From the NCBI GenBank assembly GCA_001600695.1, contig BCKQ01000018.1, positions 143,376 through 207,375 on the forward strand: a DNA stretch of 64,000 nucleotides, in the 5' to 3' direction. The stretch comes from Ascoidea asiatica JCM 7603 (lineage: Eukaryota; Fungi; Ascomycota). Position 1 is the first letter of the stretch. Every line of letters starts with the position of its first letter. A program made the translations under genes and the position numbers. Below, piece after piece: positions 13,856-24,650 of the stretch. A model generated the notes under the pieces. That model was not told where the DNA came from and ran no database searches. It was given only the letters and a program-made list of their open reading frames with translations.

Positions 13856-14102
13856 TGGAATGTCTGATATTCTGCAGGTTAGGAAGATTAAAAGCTATAA
13901 GCTCAGATTAAAGAAGTCTTGGATCTCTTTTCCTTGAAGAGGAGAGAAGAAAGGTATTTGTATATATATATAAGGAATCAAGGGATACTTGAGAACTCAA
14001 CCTTGGTGAAATGACAAATAAGATTTTCCGGTCTAAGAGGGTAATCTCATACAATGTGTGAGACAATGAGTGATATGCGCCTTAAAGCGTAATAGCTTAA
14101 CA
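13856..14102 (-). repeat. 3' LTR of the minus-strand copia element
   Basis: Follows RNase H; TG...CA ends; internal TATA run; both ends match 21725-21850. Left edge is 13856 or 13861. Confidence 0.7.
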
Positions 14103-14317
14103 TTCCAGGGAAATCTTGAATGAAATTTATAAAAGATTGCTTAAAAAGAAAATAAATATATAACCATGAAAGTTAAAATTCAAAATGGAAAGAAAAGAAA
14201 AACGTATTTGCTAAAGTAAAGCTAAAGTCAGTGAACTCAGCAGTAGAAAAAAAAGTAAATAATTGAGTGTGAAACTAAACTGTGTGAGACATAGGAAAAA
14301 TAAATATTAATATTGTT

Positions 14318-17300
14318 CTAAACGTTTAGCATTTTAAGATACTGATGGAGTTTGGAAGTTTTTGAAAACTTTGCGAACATATCGGTAGGATTATAATTTC
14401 CAGGAATATGAAAAACGTTTAATAACTTAAACTTTGTAATATCATATAAAAATTTTATCCTAATGGTAATGTGCCTTGGATAAGGTAGCATAACCTTTTC
14501 AAAATGGTTAACTTTGAAGACTAATCCAGCATTATCAATAAACATATTGGAAGGTGAATAATGTTTGGTTTCTGTTTCAGTTTCCTGTATGAGAGAACTC
14601 AAATAAAAAAATAACTTTTGCACCTATTGTGGCTCGCATAATTTCAGCTTCATAAGACGATAAGGGCGGGGTGGGCCCAACAGTAGATGACTTTCAAGAT
14701 ACCGCACTACCACGATAAGTTAAAGCAGAACCTGCACTACTGTCCGTAGAATAAGAACCATCTGAGAAACATGGATTGTTTAGCAATTGATTAGTTTTAA
14801 CTGGTACTTAAAACTAATTGATCCTTTAAGGTATCTAAGAAGATGCTTAGCCCTAGTTAAATCATTTGTTGATGGGCGAGACTTACTTTTGGTTAGTTCA
14901 TGAGAAGCTAAAGCAATATCTAGACGATTATGAGTCGCTAAATAAAGTAATGAACCAACGATTTGTAGATAAAGATTTTTATCTTTATCACTAAGCATGA
15001 TTTTTGACCCCTCAAGAATAAAATAAGGATACGATCTTGTGGTTGAATCAAGAAATTTGAATTTTTCTAGGATACAGGTTCGAGTGGTAACAGAAGTCAT
15101 TATAACTTCACCGTCTATTGATGAGAAATCTAGACCTACAAACTGTTCAACGAATGTTTCTTTAGTTGATAACCTGGTTTTCAATTTGTCTAGAAAGGCT
15201 GAAATGTGTTTAAGCTTTTTCTCCAAAAATATTCAATCATCCAAATAGATGGCTAGTAGTAAACCAGTTGATGATTTAAAACAGCAGTATTCTGAGAGTA
15301 GCTGATTACATTCCAGCAGAGTTCGAGTGGTTTTAAAATGGGGGGAAACGATCAAGGAAATTGTCTTAGAGCATAAAGGGAATTCCTTAACTTAACATAT
15401 TTTGTGTTAGATCCGCCCTTAAATCCTTTTGTGGGTTCTAAAAAACTAATTGTTCTCAAGAATAGGAGCATGAGGAAATGGTGTTGATATATCAAGTGTC
15501 TTAATCTTAAGCCTTTAATGTGGAGCAAATAAAAGGAGAATTCTAAAATGATCCCTATTCAAACCTGGACTACTGAATTGAAATTTTGATAGTCTTGGAC
15601 CATCAAACTTTTCGAATTGGCCATATACACCAACTCTTGCTTTATGTTTAAGATTTAAAGTGATATTATCAATTTTAATATTAAATATCCATCCTGTTTC
15701 AAATAGTTTTGTCTTCCTTGGTAGACTATCGGTGGTCTCCAACACATCAAATTGAATAATTTGATGGTGGAACAAATTTATTTTCTGAATGACGGTTATT
15801 GGAGTCAACGTTTTTTCAATGGTAGTTGGTTAAGCAACAAGAGTTTGATATATTGGAATTGGTGAGTCAGGATTTTTTGCTTTGACAATAATTGATAAAC
15901 TTTTGGTAGCAACATTTAGAGAATAAAGTTCTCTAATATCTGTAATAGTTGCACTGGAATCAAACAAAAATGTTGTAGTTGCCTTAGCAACCTGATAAGA
16001 ACATGAGTACTCATTATATCCAAGAAATATTCCATATTCCCAACTATCTGTGTTATATCTATTCAAAACATCTAATCCAAATAGAGAAAGGTAACCTTAT
16101 TTGACCGTCTCTCATAATACAAATAAAGGAATCTCATTATCCGAGGAGTGACTTTGCCTGTTTAGTAATACACCAGCATATTCTGTAGGTTTATTAAATA
16201 AATGTTCATGAAAAACTGAAGGATGATGAGATAAAATTTATGTCATACATTTAAGTTTTCTAATACCTGATTCCGATCTACCATTATGAAAAAATTCATA
16301 TCCGTCTGGTAGTCCAATCATTGTACGGTACTGCGATTTTTTATACTCTGTTCGATTATCAGTTTTTTATTCAGGTTCCCGTAAATTTAATCTAGTGCAC
16401 CATTTTGAAATAACTTTATCTATTTGAGGGCTATCAGAAAGTTTGTCTTTAACAGAAAATGCAGCTGTGAATCTACTTTAATCATCCATCAAAATAACTA
16501 GGTATTAGCCATAGTTTTGTCGGGTGATATCTGAAAAATGTACAATTGAGAGCTTTCTGACTGTTAGTTTAGCTGGCAACTTTGAAGTATGTGAATTATT
16601 TTTCAAATTAATTAACATGCAGATTTGACAGAGTTCAATTTTGAATTGCTCATTTCTGGTTAACTTGTATTGTAGCTTAAGGTTTGCAGAACCAGAAAGA
16701 TGACCTAATGAATTGTGCAATTTAAGAATTTTATCTTCCGGAATACCCAAATACTTTTCATTGAGACTAGGAAGTTTGACTGAATTTATGTCAAAAATTG
16801 AGTCTTCATTATCCTGTATAGCATATGAATTATCGACAACCTTTGACCAGATGAATAGTTATTTAATTTTTTAATAACTAAATCTGGTTGAAAATTGTTA
16901 GGATTATAAGCGAAGTTATTTGTTGCATTTTGTTTAACAATCTCTATATTTCCCCCAACAAGAATCCCATTTTCCATAGAAAGCATGTTGAAGTCATTAC
17001 ATGAAAGTTTACCTTCGAGTAATTGAAAGTGTCTGTCATGAACTGCAGCAAACTGATGAGGGTTCTTCCATTTTCAATGAGAATAGCTTGAACATCTTCT
17101 GAACAGTTATCAGGAAACTTCATAGTCACGGAACCAATTCCTTTAGTGTACTCTGCATTTTCGCCAACTCCTTTAAGTAATACTTGGTTCCTTCTCCAAT
17201 TTTTTACTAAAGGTCTATCACTGGTAACAGAGATGATGGCCCCTGTAGTCCATAAGATAGGATAAGAAGCATTATTAATATTTGAAAAAAAGAAACATTT

Positions 17301-19656
17301 GATTCCCTCAGCAAATGAACTAGTAGATGATGGAGTTTCAGCAATATTTGCATTTTGTTAGTATGCATTGCTGTTACTATTATTATATAATTCTGAATTA
17401 TGATTTTCTGAACCAGAATATCCTTGATCATGATTATTAAATGAATTTGGACTCAAATTTTCATTATTCTTATTTGTAGAAGGATCTTGATGTTTATGAT
17501 TAATAAATTTATTTGAGTTATTAGTTGATTACTGTTGTTTATGTGCTCACCAAATGGATGTTTGGCTTGACAACCACGACAATAGGGTTTAGAATCTTAG
17601 AAAGATTTTTTGTTGTTACCATTACTTTTGTTTGAACTAGGAGAATCAATATTATCTGAGGATTGGTTATGATTAAGTGTATTAGAAAGATGTGTTTTAG
17701 GTCTTTCGTTGCCAAAAATAACAACATTAACACCAGCATTATTATTATGTTGTTGTATGTTGAGATGTTTATGGTTAATCATTTTAATAATTGATTTAAA
17801 TTTGAGACCTATTTTATTCTGAAGTAATTGACCCAAACATCTTTAAATTTGTTTTTCAAGTCCTGGCAATCTTGAACGTTCATGTTTGATCCTGATTCTT
17901 ACTTACATGGTTTGTCATGATGTAGCAGGATCTGAAAAAGTTTTTTTCAAATTCTTTAGATCCATTATTAAGACTATGAAATATTTGAAGAAACTATGCT
18001 TCTTTTGGAAAATCCAATCTATAAAGTCTTTGAAGGGAAGTTGCAAAGATATTACCATCTGGAACCAATGAATTTAATTCATTCCAGATTTTTGTTCGAA
18101 ATAATAGAGATCTATATATGCTAGGGCATATATTGGTACTAACACCATAGGTGGCGATGGTCTTAAAGACACTTATCTATAGTAAACGTAAAAGAATTAT
18201 GTATTATACAATAACGTGTGTACACTATGTATAATCATGCATAGAGATGCATAAGTAGGCATAAATACACATATTGTTGCATAAAGTTGAATTAAGTTGC
18301 ATGAAGAATACATCAATTTACATGACCTTGTATGAGTCTGTGTACAGGTACACAGATAGTCGGACATCATGTGATATTTAAGTCACATGTCATAGGTCAT
18401 TTGTGCTTACGTCAGGTATAGCGTACAAAGTAGAAAAGACCTTGAGATTGGTACCAGCCATAGTCGTATAACCTTTAAGAGCATATTAAAGCTAAGCCAC
18501 TCGGTACGAGGAGAATTAAAAACGAGTTAGGATTTAGCGTCTATCCGGATAAAAGTTAAATCCGAAAGGCCAATCGGATCCAGGCAGGGACGCCTTCTGG
18601 ATGGCTGGATTGGCTAAGCTTAGTTTCATGTGAGATAAGGTATAATTCTCAGTGCGTATACCGAATTGTCTGAGAGTAAACAGGAGACTAGTGGAGCTAG
18701 TCCCGTAAGGGATTTATTCCGAGTACGGCTTCGGGCTTAAAGATTATTCCCGGCAATTAATGCGATTGTCTACCCCACTGCAAAGTGGGCTGATTGATTT
18801 TACTATGGTAAAATTGAAATGTGAATTTCAATTGATTTCTAATCAAGTTGTCAACCCTTTTTACAAGGTAAACTTGATTTCCACCCTGATTTTTCGAAGG
18901 AATCCTGGGACTTTTGGGAATTCCCGCTAATTCTCGATAGTTCTGCGGGACCCCGTAGGAATCCCGAATTAATATAAAAGGAATCGATTTCCTCTTATTT
19001 TTTATATAATTTATTGAGTTTTGTTTTTAGATCATCGATTAGCACGAGTTAATTGATTAATACATAGTTTGTAAGTTCGTAAAATTTATATATTCCATTT
19101 TGTAAAATGAATGAAAATTCACAACAATTTTCAAAGATGATTTGTTTCTCTAACGGTTTCCTTGTACCCTGGGCACAGTATCACGAAATGTTCGTGATAA
19201 TGCTTTGTCAAGTTGCTTCAAATAATATGCTGTTGTTGGCATATCATCAGCAAATAAGAAGCAATCCAAATTTGTGATAATTAAATTTATCCCATTAGGG
19301 AAAAGCGTTTGTAAAAATTTTGATACATTGTCATCACGTTGAATTTCAGGTCCAAGTTCTTCTTTTGGAATATAAAACTAACCACTTGTTGCATCGAGGT
19401 TATATTTGTTTGACATCTTTTTAAGTTGAATACATTCTGAGGCAATGCCAGCAATTGCACCCTTTCGGAAATCATTATTGTAAAGTTTCTACTAGTTGTA
19501 GAAGGTATACGATGAAAAACATTTGCAAGCTTAGTTGTTCTTGTGCTAGAAAGCTTGAAGACTGAAATAGATTGTTGGTAACAGAAGATTCTGAATTCGA
19601 TTCTGAATTAAACGGGAAGATGAATTTGGCTCTAAAGGAAAACCAATTTTTGCCAT
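14318..19656 (-). pseudogene. Decayed Ty1/copia (Ty5-like) gag-pol, split by a solo LTR
   Basis: Order gag (CRGCQAKHPFGEH knuckle ~17550-17590), PR (TTGAIISV), IN (LHNSLGH...CQIC; GIFLGY), RT (WIFNIK..KARV; LAIYLDD; IVGSLLYL..RLDI), RNase H (PRHI..IPGNYNPTDMFAK). IN before RT indicates copia. Confidence 0.9.
18093..19126 (+). mobile_element. Intact 1034-bp solo LTR (copy 4) with perfect 5-bp TSD
   Basis: TGTT...AACA termini; ATTTT at 18088-18092 and 19127-19131; TATAAAA near 18973; interrupts copia gag. Confidence 0.93.
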
Positions 19657-20549
19657 ACAGGTATTGTTTTTAAGTTCAATAATCAAAAGTAATTAAAGTA
19701 ACTTATCAGTAAACCATTTATACAATCAATAATAACAATTAAAATAGCTCGGAAATACAAATAAGAAAACTTATTTCTCGATTTCTAAATTTTACTTTAA
19801 TTGATTTCCAATTACAGCTTTGAATAAGTTGAATTTTATATTTTCGATACAAGCGTGAGATCAAATTAGAGAGATCAGATTCCCAAGGATACTGAATTAA
19901 TATCAATTTATAATGTATTTTGCTGAACTAGAATTATATAAATTTGTTTTGATTACTGTTTTAAAAGTAAAACGCGTTTGAATTTTTCATTTTGAATTGC
20001 TATTTAATATAAAATATCAATCGGAAAAATAAACTATAATTGTTGGGGAAATAAAAAAGTTTTATTGAAATTTTGATTTTATTTAAAAACATATAGTTAT
20101 AGGTTTCAAATAGTAATGAATTAATAAAATAGTTTTATTTTTGATCCGTTTTATTAAACAAAGCTCAATATTAAAGATGGGCTTTATTTGGTTATGCTTC
20201 GTTTGGTAATTATCACCTTCTTTCATGCTTGTACTCTAATTTTGATAATTATTTACAACCAACGCTTTACCTTGTTAAAGCGTTCGCGAAACCATAGCCG
20301 ACCATATCAGGCTTATATAATCAGTTTAGCCCATAGTACAATGCGGTCAGACCAACTCAGCAAAAACAAACTAAGTTTTAATAACTTTATTACAATATGT
20401 CCAATATTGATGGTCCTCCAAAAAGCCAATACTGGAATATTAATGTTTGTGGAGTAGTAGTCTCCATAACCAGACATACAGTATTATCGCAGGGTTAATC
20501 TATGACGTAGGTGCTTATACTGGCTACTTAATGATGTGTAGTAGCTACG

Positions 20550-20980
20550 GGACTTTTTAAGGTCCGTTTCCTGAACAAACAATGCATCAATGAGTATGTT
20601 TTTGAGATTGTATTACCAGACATGGAGTTTTATGTGCTGCCTGGTTGTATCCAATTTCTAGAAACTATGGTTTTTTAAATTATAAATTGCTTCACAAATC
20701 AGGTTCGGTTTTTTTGTTTTTGTTTAGAAAATAATTTTAAAAGTCGTGCAACTTGGACATGACAATTAGGACAAGGGGAACATTTTTTTGTTAATTGTAG
20801 TTGAAGTGCCGACATGTGTTTTAGACTTCAACGGGCACATGGCATTGATGGAGACGGACAACCACCACTGACACCCATTTATATTTTTTGCTTTATGATT
20901 GAATGACACTATAGGGTGTACATTGGATTGGAAATGGTGGAATCCGTTTAAAAGTTTGGAAGCCACAATGTTAAAAACAA
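20550..20980 (+). pseudogene. Possible Ty3/gypsy integrase C-terminus (GPY/F + chromodomain-like) fragment
   Basis: GPF..(frameshift)..INEYVFEIVLP, then VHWIG.......VWKP, resembling chromodomain V-x-W-x-G...W-E-P. Weak and frameshifted. Confidence 0.3.
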
Positions 20981-21539
20981 ATGCAATCAAAAATACAAAT
21001 TTATTTGTCAAACAGGAATCAACTTTTATTTTAGAGAACTGGTTTGTCAAACAACTGATAAGTTTGTTGTTTCGATTTTACGTTAGCTGTTTTTCATAGC
21101 TTGTAAGTACTAATTTAAGAGGTTGAGGATCCCTTTTTGGCAGGAGAAAAATGAACGGTCATTGTATTTATCCATTACGCATCAACGGAGAGTATGGGAC
21201 TGAACGTTGGCAAAAGGGCAAATAAGATTTTCCTGTCTGCTTATAAAGTCAGATTGTTTTAATTTAATATAAAAACAATAATATTGATTAATAAATTGAG
21301 GTTGTTAAAAACAAATTGACTGATGATGATTAAAAAATTCATAAAATTGAAAAAAAAAAGATTAAAGCTTTTCGTAGTAACGTTTTGAATAAAAAACTTT
21401 ATCGATAATCAAAACAAAAATTAAAAAAGTGTTTTAATATCTCTTCAAATTTCATGCTGGTCCTGGAAATGTCAACAAAGGTCTACTTAATGGAGAAATA
21501 AATAAACAAAATCAAAAATCCAAAAAAATTAGAGAAGTA

Positions 21540-21710
21540 AATCAAACGCGTAATAAAAAGTAAAACAAAAAATCAAAACATAAAATAAAAATTGAAACAG
21601 ATAATCAAAATTGAAACAAAAAACTAAATCATATAATAAAAATTGAAACAGGTAATAAAAATTGAAACACATAATAAAAATTGAAACAAAAAATTGAAAC
21701 AAAAAAAAAC
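21540..21710 (+). repeat. A-rich degenerate minisatellite (AAAAATTGAAACA units)
   Basis: About six AAATTGAAAC copies; probably in the 5' leader of the copia element. Confidence 0.75.
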
Positions 21711-21712
21711 AC

Positions 21713-21724
21713 GGGATCATAACT
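21713..21724 (-). promoter_or_regulatory. Ty5/hemivirus-type primer-binding site (initiator tRNA-Met half-molecule)
   Basis: Minus strand AGTTATGATCCC, 10/12 match to GGTTATGAGCCC, directly after the 5' LTR. Confidence 0.6.
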
Positions 21725-21850
21725 TAGTATTATAAGAACTGCGGTCAGAAATGATTGTTGAAGCATTTCTGTCAACAGGTCTAAGAGGGTAACGTCGTAC
21801 ATTGTGTGAGACAATAAGGGACATGGCCTTTTAAGCCTAATATGTTAACA
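21725..21850 (-). repeat. 5' LTR (internally deleted) of the Ty5-like family
   Basis: GGTCTAAGAGGGTAA..TGTGTGAGACAAT..TTAACA matches 14030-14102; CTGCGGTCAGAAATGATT matches 13872-13889; ~120 bp missing in the middle. Confidence 0.7.
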
Positions 21851-21929
21851 GAAGCACTAGATACAGCCTCTTAGTTAAGCAGGTGATTCTCGGAGATAAG
21901 AAGTTAGTTATAATTGGTATTTTGATGAA

Positions 21930-21982
21930 GTGAAATTGGGTGTGAAATTGGTGTGAAATTGGTGTGAAATTGGTGTGAAATT
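21930..21982 (+). repeat. Tandem repeat (GGTGTGAAATT)x4 plus a partial unit
   Basis: Four perfect 11-bp units at 21939-21982. Confidence 0.9.
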
Positions 21983-22192
21983 AGTATAAGATAAAATGAA
22001 GAGATTCGTTAATCTATTGGCATGTAAACACAATTGTATTTCCCCTAAAACTGTATGATTATAAATATTGAATTCAATTTTCCAGATTATATTTATCTTC
22101 TTTGATTCACTAAGTTTTATCAGTTAATAGTATCCATTGTTTTTCAAGAATAAACAATTAAATCCATAACAAGTTAGATTTTTGTTCTAAAA

Positions 22193-24604
22193 ATGGATGG
22201 AGCTCATAATGCCAAAGATAATACTTTAAATGATATTAGTGATAATTCAAATTCAAGTACAATTTCAGATTGTTCTTTACAACAATTAAATCCAGATTTT
22301 GTGATTTCAATAAATTATCCAATTGATTTAAAAACTTTGAAACCAACAAATGAAGCAAAATTAAATTTAAATAATTTATTAAATAAATTGATTAATTATG
22401 GGTTTTTGGTTCAAATTAGACCTGGTAGTAATAATGAAAGTTTATTAATTTTTTTAAAATTAAAATTAGAATATTTGTTAATTGCGATTAAAAATTTCAA
22501 AATTAAAGATTATTTATTTAATGTTAATCAAGATTTAATTCTTAAGGATAATGATAATAATAATGACTTGAAATTAAAATTAAATGATTCAAGTAAATTA
22601 AGAATAATTTATGCAATTTTAGTTAATGATAAAGCTGATGGTGGTATTGGTTTATCTCCAAATTCAAATGATTGGTCATTCATCAATTCAATTCAACCAA
22701 TTCATGATTTAAATTTTAATAAAAAAATGATCAAAAAATTGACGTCAAATTTATTTACTCAAATTACATATAAAGACATTAATTTAATTCATAATAAGTT
22801 TGGTGAAAAAGTTTCTTTATATTTTGCCTTTTTACAATTTTATACAAATTGGTTAATTTTTCCATCAATTATTGGACTTTTCTTCTTCTTATTAAATTTG
22901 AAAAAATTTTCATTTATTTTCACTTTTATCAATCTAATTTGGGGAGTTTTTTTTATTAATTTTTGGAATAGACAAGAAGCTATTTATTCAATAAAATGGA
23001 ATACAAAAAATTCATTAAAAATTGATTTAAAGAAAAAAGATTTCAAAAGTAATTTGAAAATTATTGATTATATCTCTGGTAATGAAATTATTCATTATTA
23101 TTCTTGGAAAAGATTTTTAAAAAAAATTTGTTTTATACCTCTAGCTTTATCATCTGCTTTAGTTTTAATGATTTGGCAATTTTTTTGTTTTTTTATTGAA
23201 ATTTTCTTTAATGAAATTTATAATGGTCCATTAAAATCAATTTTTTCTTTAACTCCAACTGTAATGTTAGCTGTTTTTGTACCAATTTTAAATTTAATTT
23301 ATAATAAATTTGTTTTAATTATGACAAATTGGGAAAATCATAAAACAAACATTTCTTATGAAAGATCATTAAATGAAAAATTATTTATTATAAGTTTTTT
23401 AACTTCATATATGGCCTTGATGATAACTTCATTTTTATATTTACCTTTTGGTTATTTGATTAATCCATATATTAATCATATTCATATTTTTGTTCATAAC
23501 AATATTTCAAATAAAATTCCATTAAAAGAAGATATTTTTATTATTAATCCAAATAGAATTCATCAACAATTTTTTTTTGCAATTGTTATAAATCAGATTA
23601 TTGGATTTTTAACAGAACATTTATTACCAATTTTACAAAAACAAATTTTACCAAAAATTTTTAAAGAAAAAAAATATAAATTTAATGATAAATTAAATGA
23701 AATTGATTATATTAAACAAATTAGAAATGAAGTTTATAAATTTCAAAATTATGATGTTAATATTGATTATAAAGAAATGATAATTCAATATGGTTATTTA
23801 ATTATGTTCTCACAAATTTGGTCATTAGCTCCATTAATTTGTTTAATTTCAAATGTTTTTGAATTTAGAGGAGATATTTTTAAAATTTTTACTGAAATGA
23901 AAAGACCGATTCCAGAAAGAATCGATTCAATTTATCCTTGGAATAATTATTTATATCTTTTAACTTGGTTAGGTACAATAATTTCTCCAAGTATAACTTC
24001 AATGTTTAATAGTTCAAAAATTATGTTTAATGAAGATTTTAATAAAATTAATTCAATGAATAAATCAAAAGATTCAATTGAATCAATAAATTTTTTAAAT
24101 CAAAATGGTTTTTTAAATTCTCCAGTTGAAATTAATACATGGTTAGTTTTATTAATAATTTTAATTTCAGAACATTTATTTTTTATTTTGAATTTTTTAA
24201 TTAAAAATCTTACTAAAAAAATTAAATCAAAAGAAGAATTAAATTCAATTAAAAATGATTTTGAATTAAGAAAAAAAATAGTTTCAATTAAAACTGGTGA
24301 ATTAAAAAATATTAAACAAAATATTAATATTGATAATAATGAAGAAGAAGAAGAAGAAGGAGTTGAAGAAGTTGATTTGAATGAAATAAATTTAATTGAA
24401 GATGAATGGATTAAATTAAATGGAGATTCTATTGATAATTTAATTAAAGAAGTTGATTTATTTGTTATTACTGAAGAAAAAGAGAATATGAATAAAGAAA
24501 ATTTTGAGAAAAATAAAAAATTTGAAGCAAATGAAAATTCTGAAGAATTAAATGAAAAAGCAACTGGAATTTCTAGTGGAGCAAATATAAGAAATGAATT
24601 ATAA
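22193..24604 (+). CDS. IST2: Anoctamin/TMEM16-family ER-plasma membrane tether Ist2
   Basis: FGEKVSLYFAFLQFY, WENHKT, DYKEMIIQYGY..FS, E.RGD.FK..RP.PER.DSI.PW; multiple TM segments. Confidence 0.9.
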   Translation: MDGAHNAKDNTLNDISDNSNSSTISDCSLQQLNPDFVISINYPIDLKTLKPTNEAKLNLNNLLNKLINYGFLVQIRPGSNNESLLIFLKLKLEYLLIAIKNFKIKDYLFNVNQDLILKDNDNNNDLKLKLNDSSKLRIIYAILVNDKADGGIGLSPNSNDWSFINSIQPIHDLNFNKKMIKKLTSNLFTQITYKDINLIHNKFGEKVSLYFAFLQFYTNWLIFPSIIGLFFFLLNLKKFSFIFTFINLIWGVFFINFWNRQEAIYSIKWNTKNSLKIDLKKKDFKSNLKIIDYISGNEIIHYYSWKRFLKKICFIPLALSSALVLMIWQFFCFFIEIFFNEIYNGPLKSIFSLTPTVMLAVFVPILNLIYNKFVLIMTNWENHKTNISYERSLNEKLFIISFLTSYMALMITSFLYLPFGYLINPYINHIHIFVHNNISNKIPLKEDIFIINPNRIHQQFFFAIVINQIIGFLTEHLLPILQKQILPKIFKEKKYKFNDKLNEIDYIKQIRNEVYKFQNYDVNIDYKEMIIQYGYLIMFSQIWSLAPLICLISNVFEFRGDIFKIFTEMKRPIPERIDSIYPWNNYLYLLTWLGTIISPSITSMFNSSKIMFNEDFNKINSMNKSKDSIESINFLNQNGFLNSPVEINTWLVLLIILISEHLFFILNFLIKNLTKKIKSKEELNSIKNDFELRKKIVSIKTGELKNIKQNINIDNNEEEEEEGVEEVDLNEINLIEDEWIKLNGDSIDNLIKEVDLFVITEEKENMNKENFEKNKKFEANENSEELNEKATGISSGANIRNEL

Positions 24605-24650
24605 GTAATATATAATATATAATATATAAGATTAAGTAGATGATAATATA

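Noticed and set aside
18368-18560. Point centromere (CDEI-CDEII-CDEIII)
   Set aside because: The CDEI-like motifs are not followed by a >90% AT CDEII or a recognisable CDEIII.
21540-21982. CRISPR-like array
   Set aside because: Eukaryotic context; simple tandem repeats without unique spacers.
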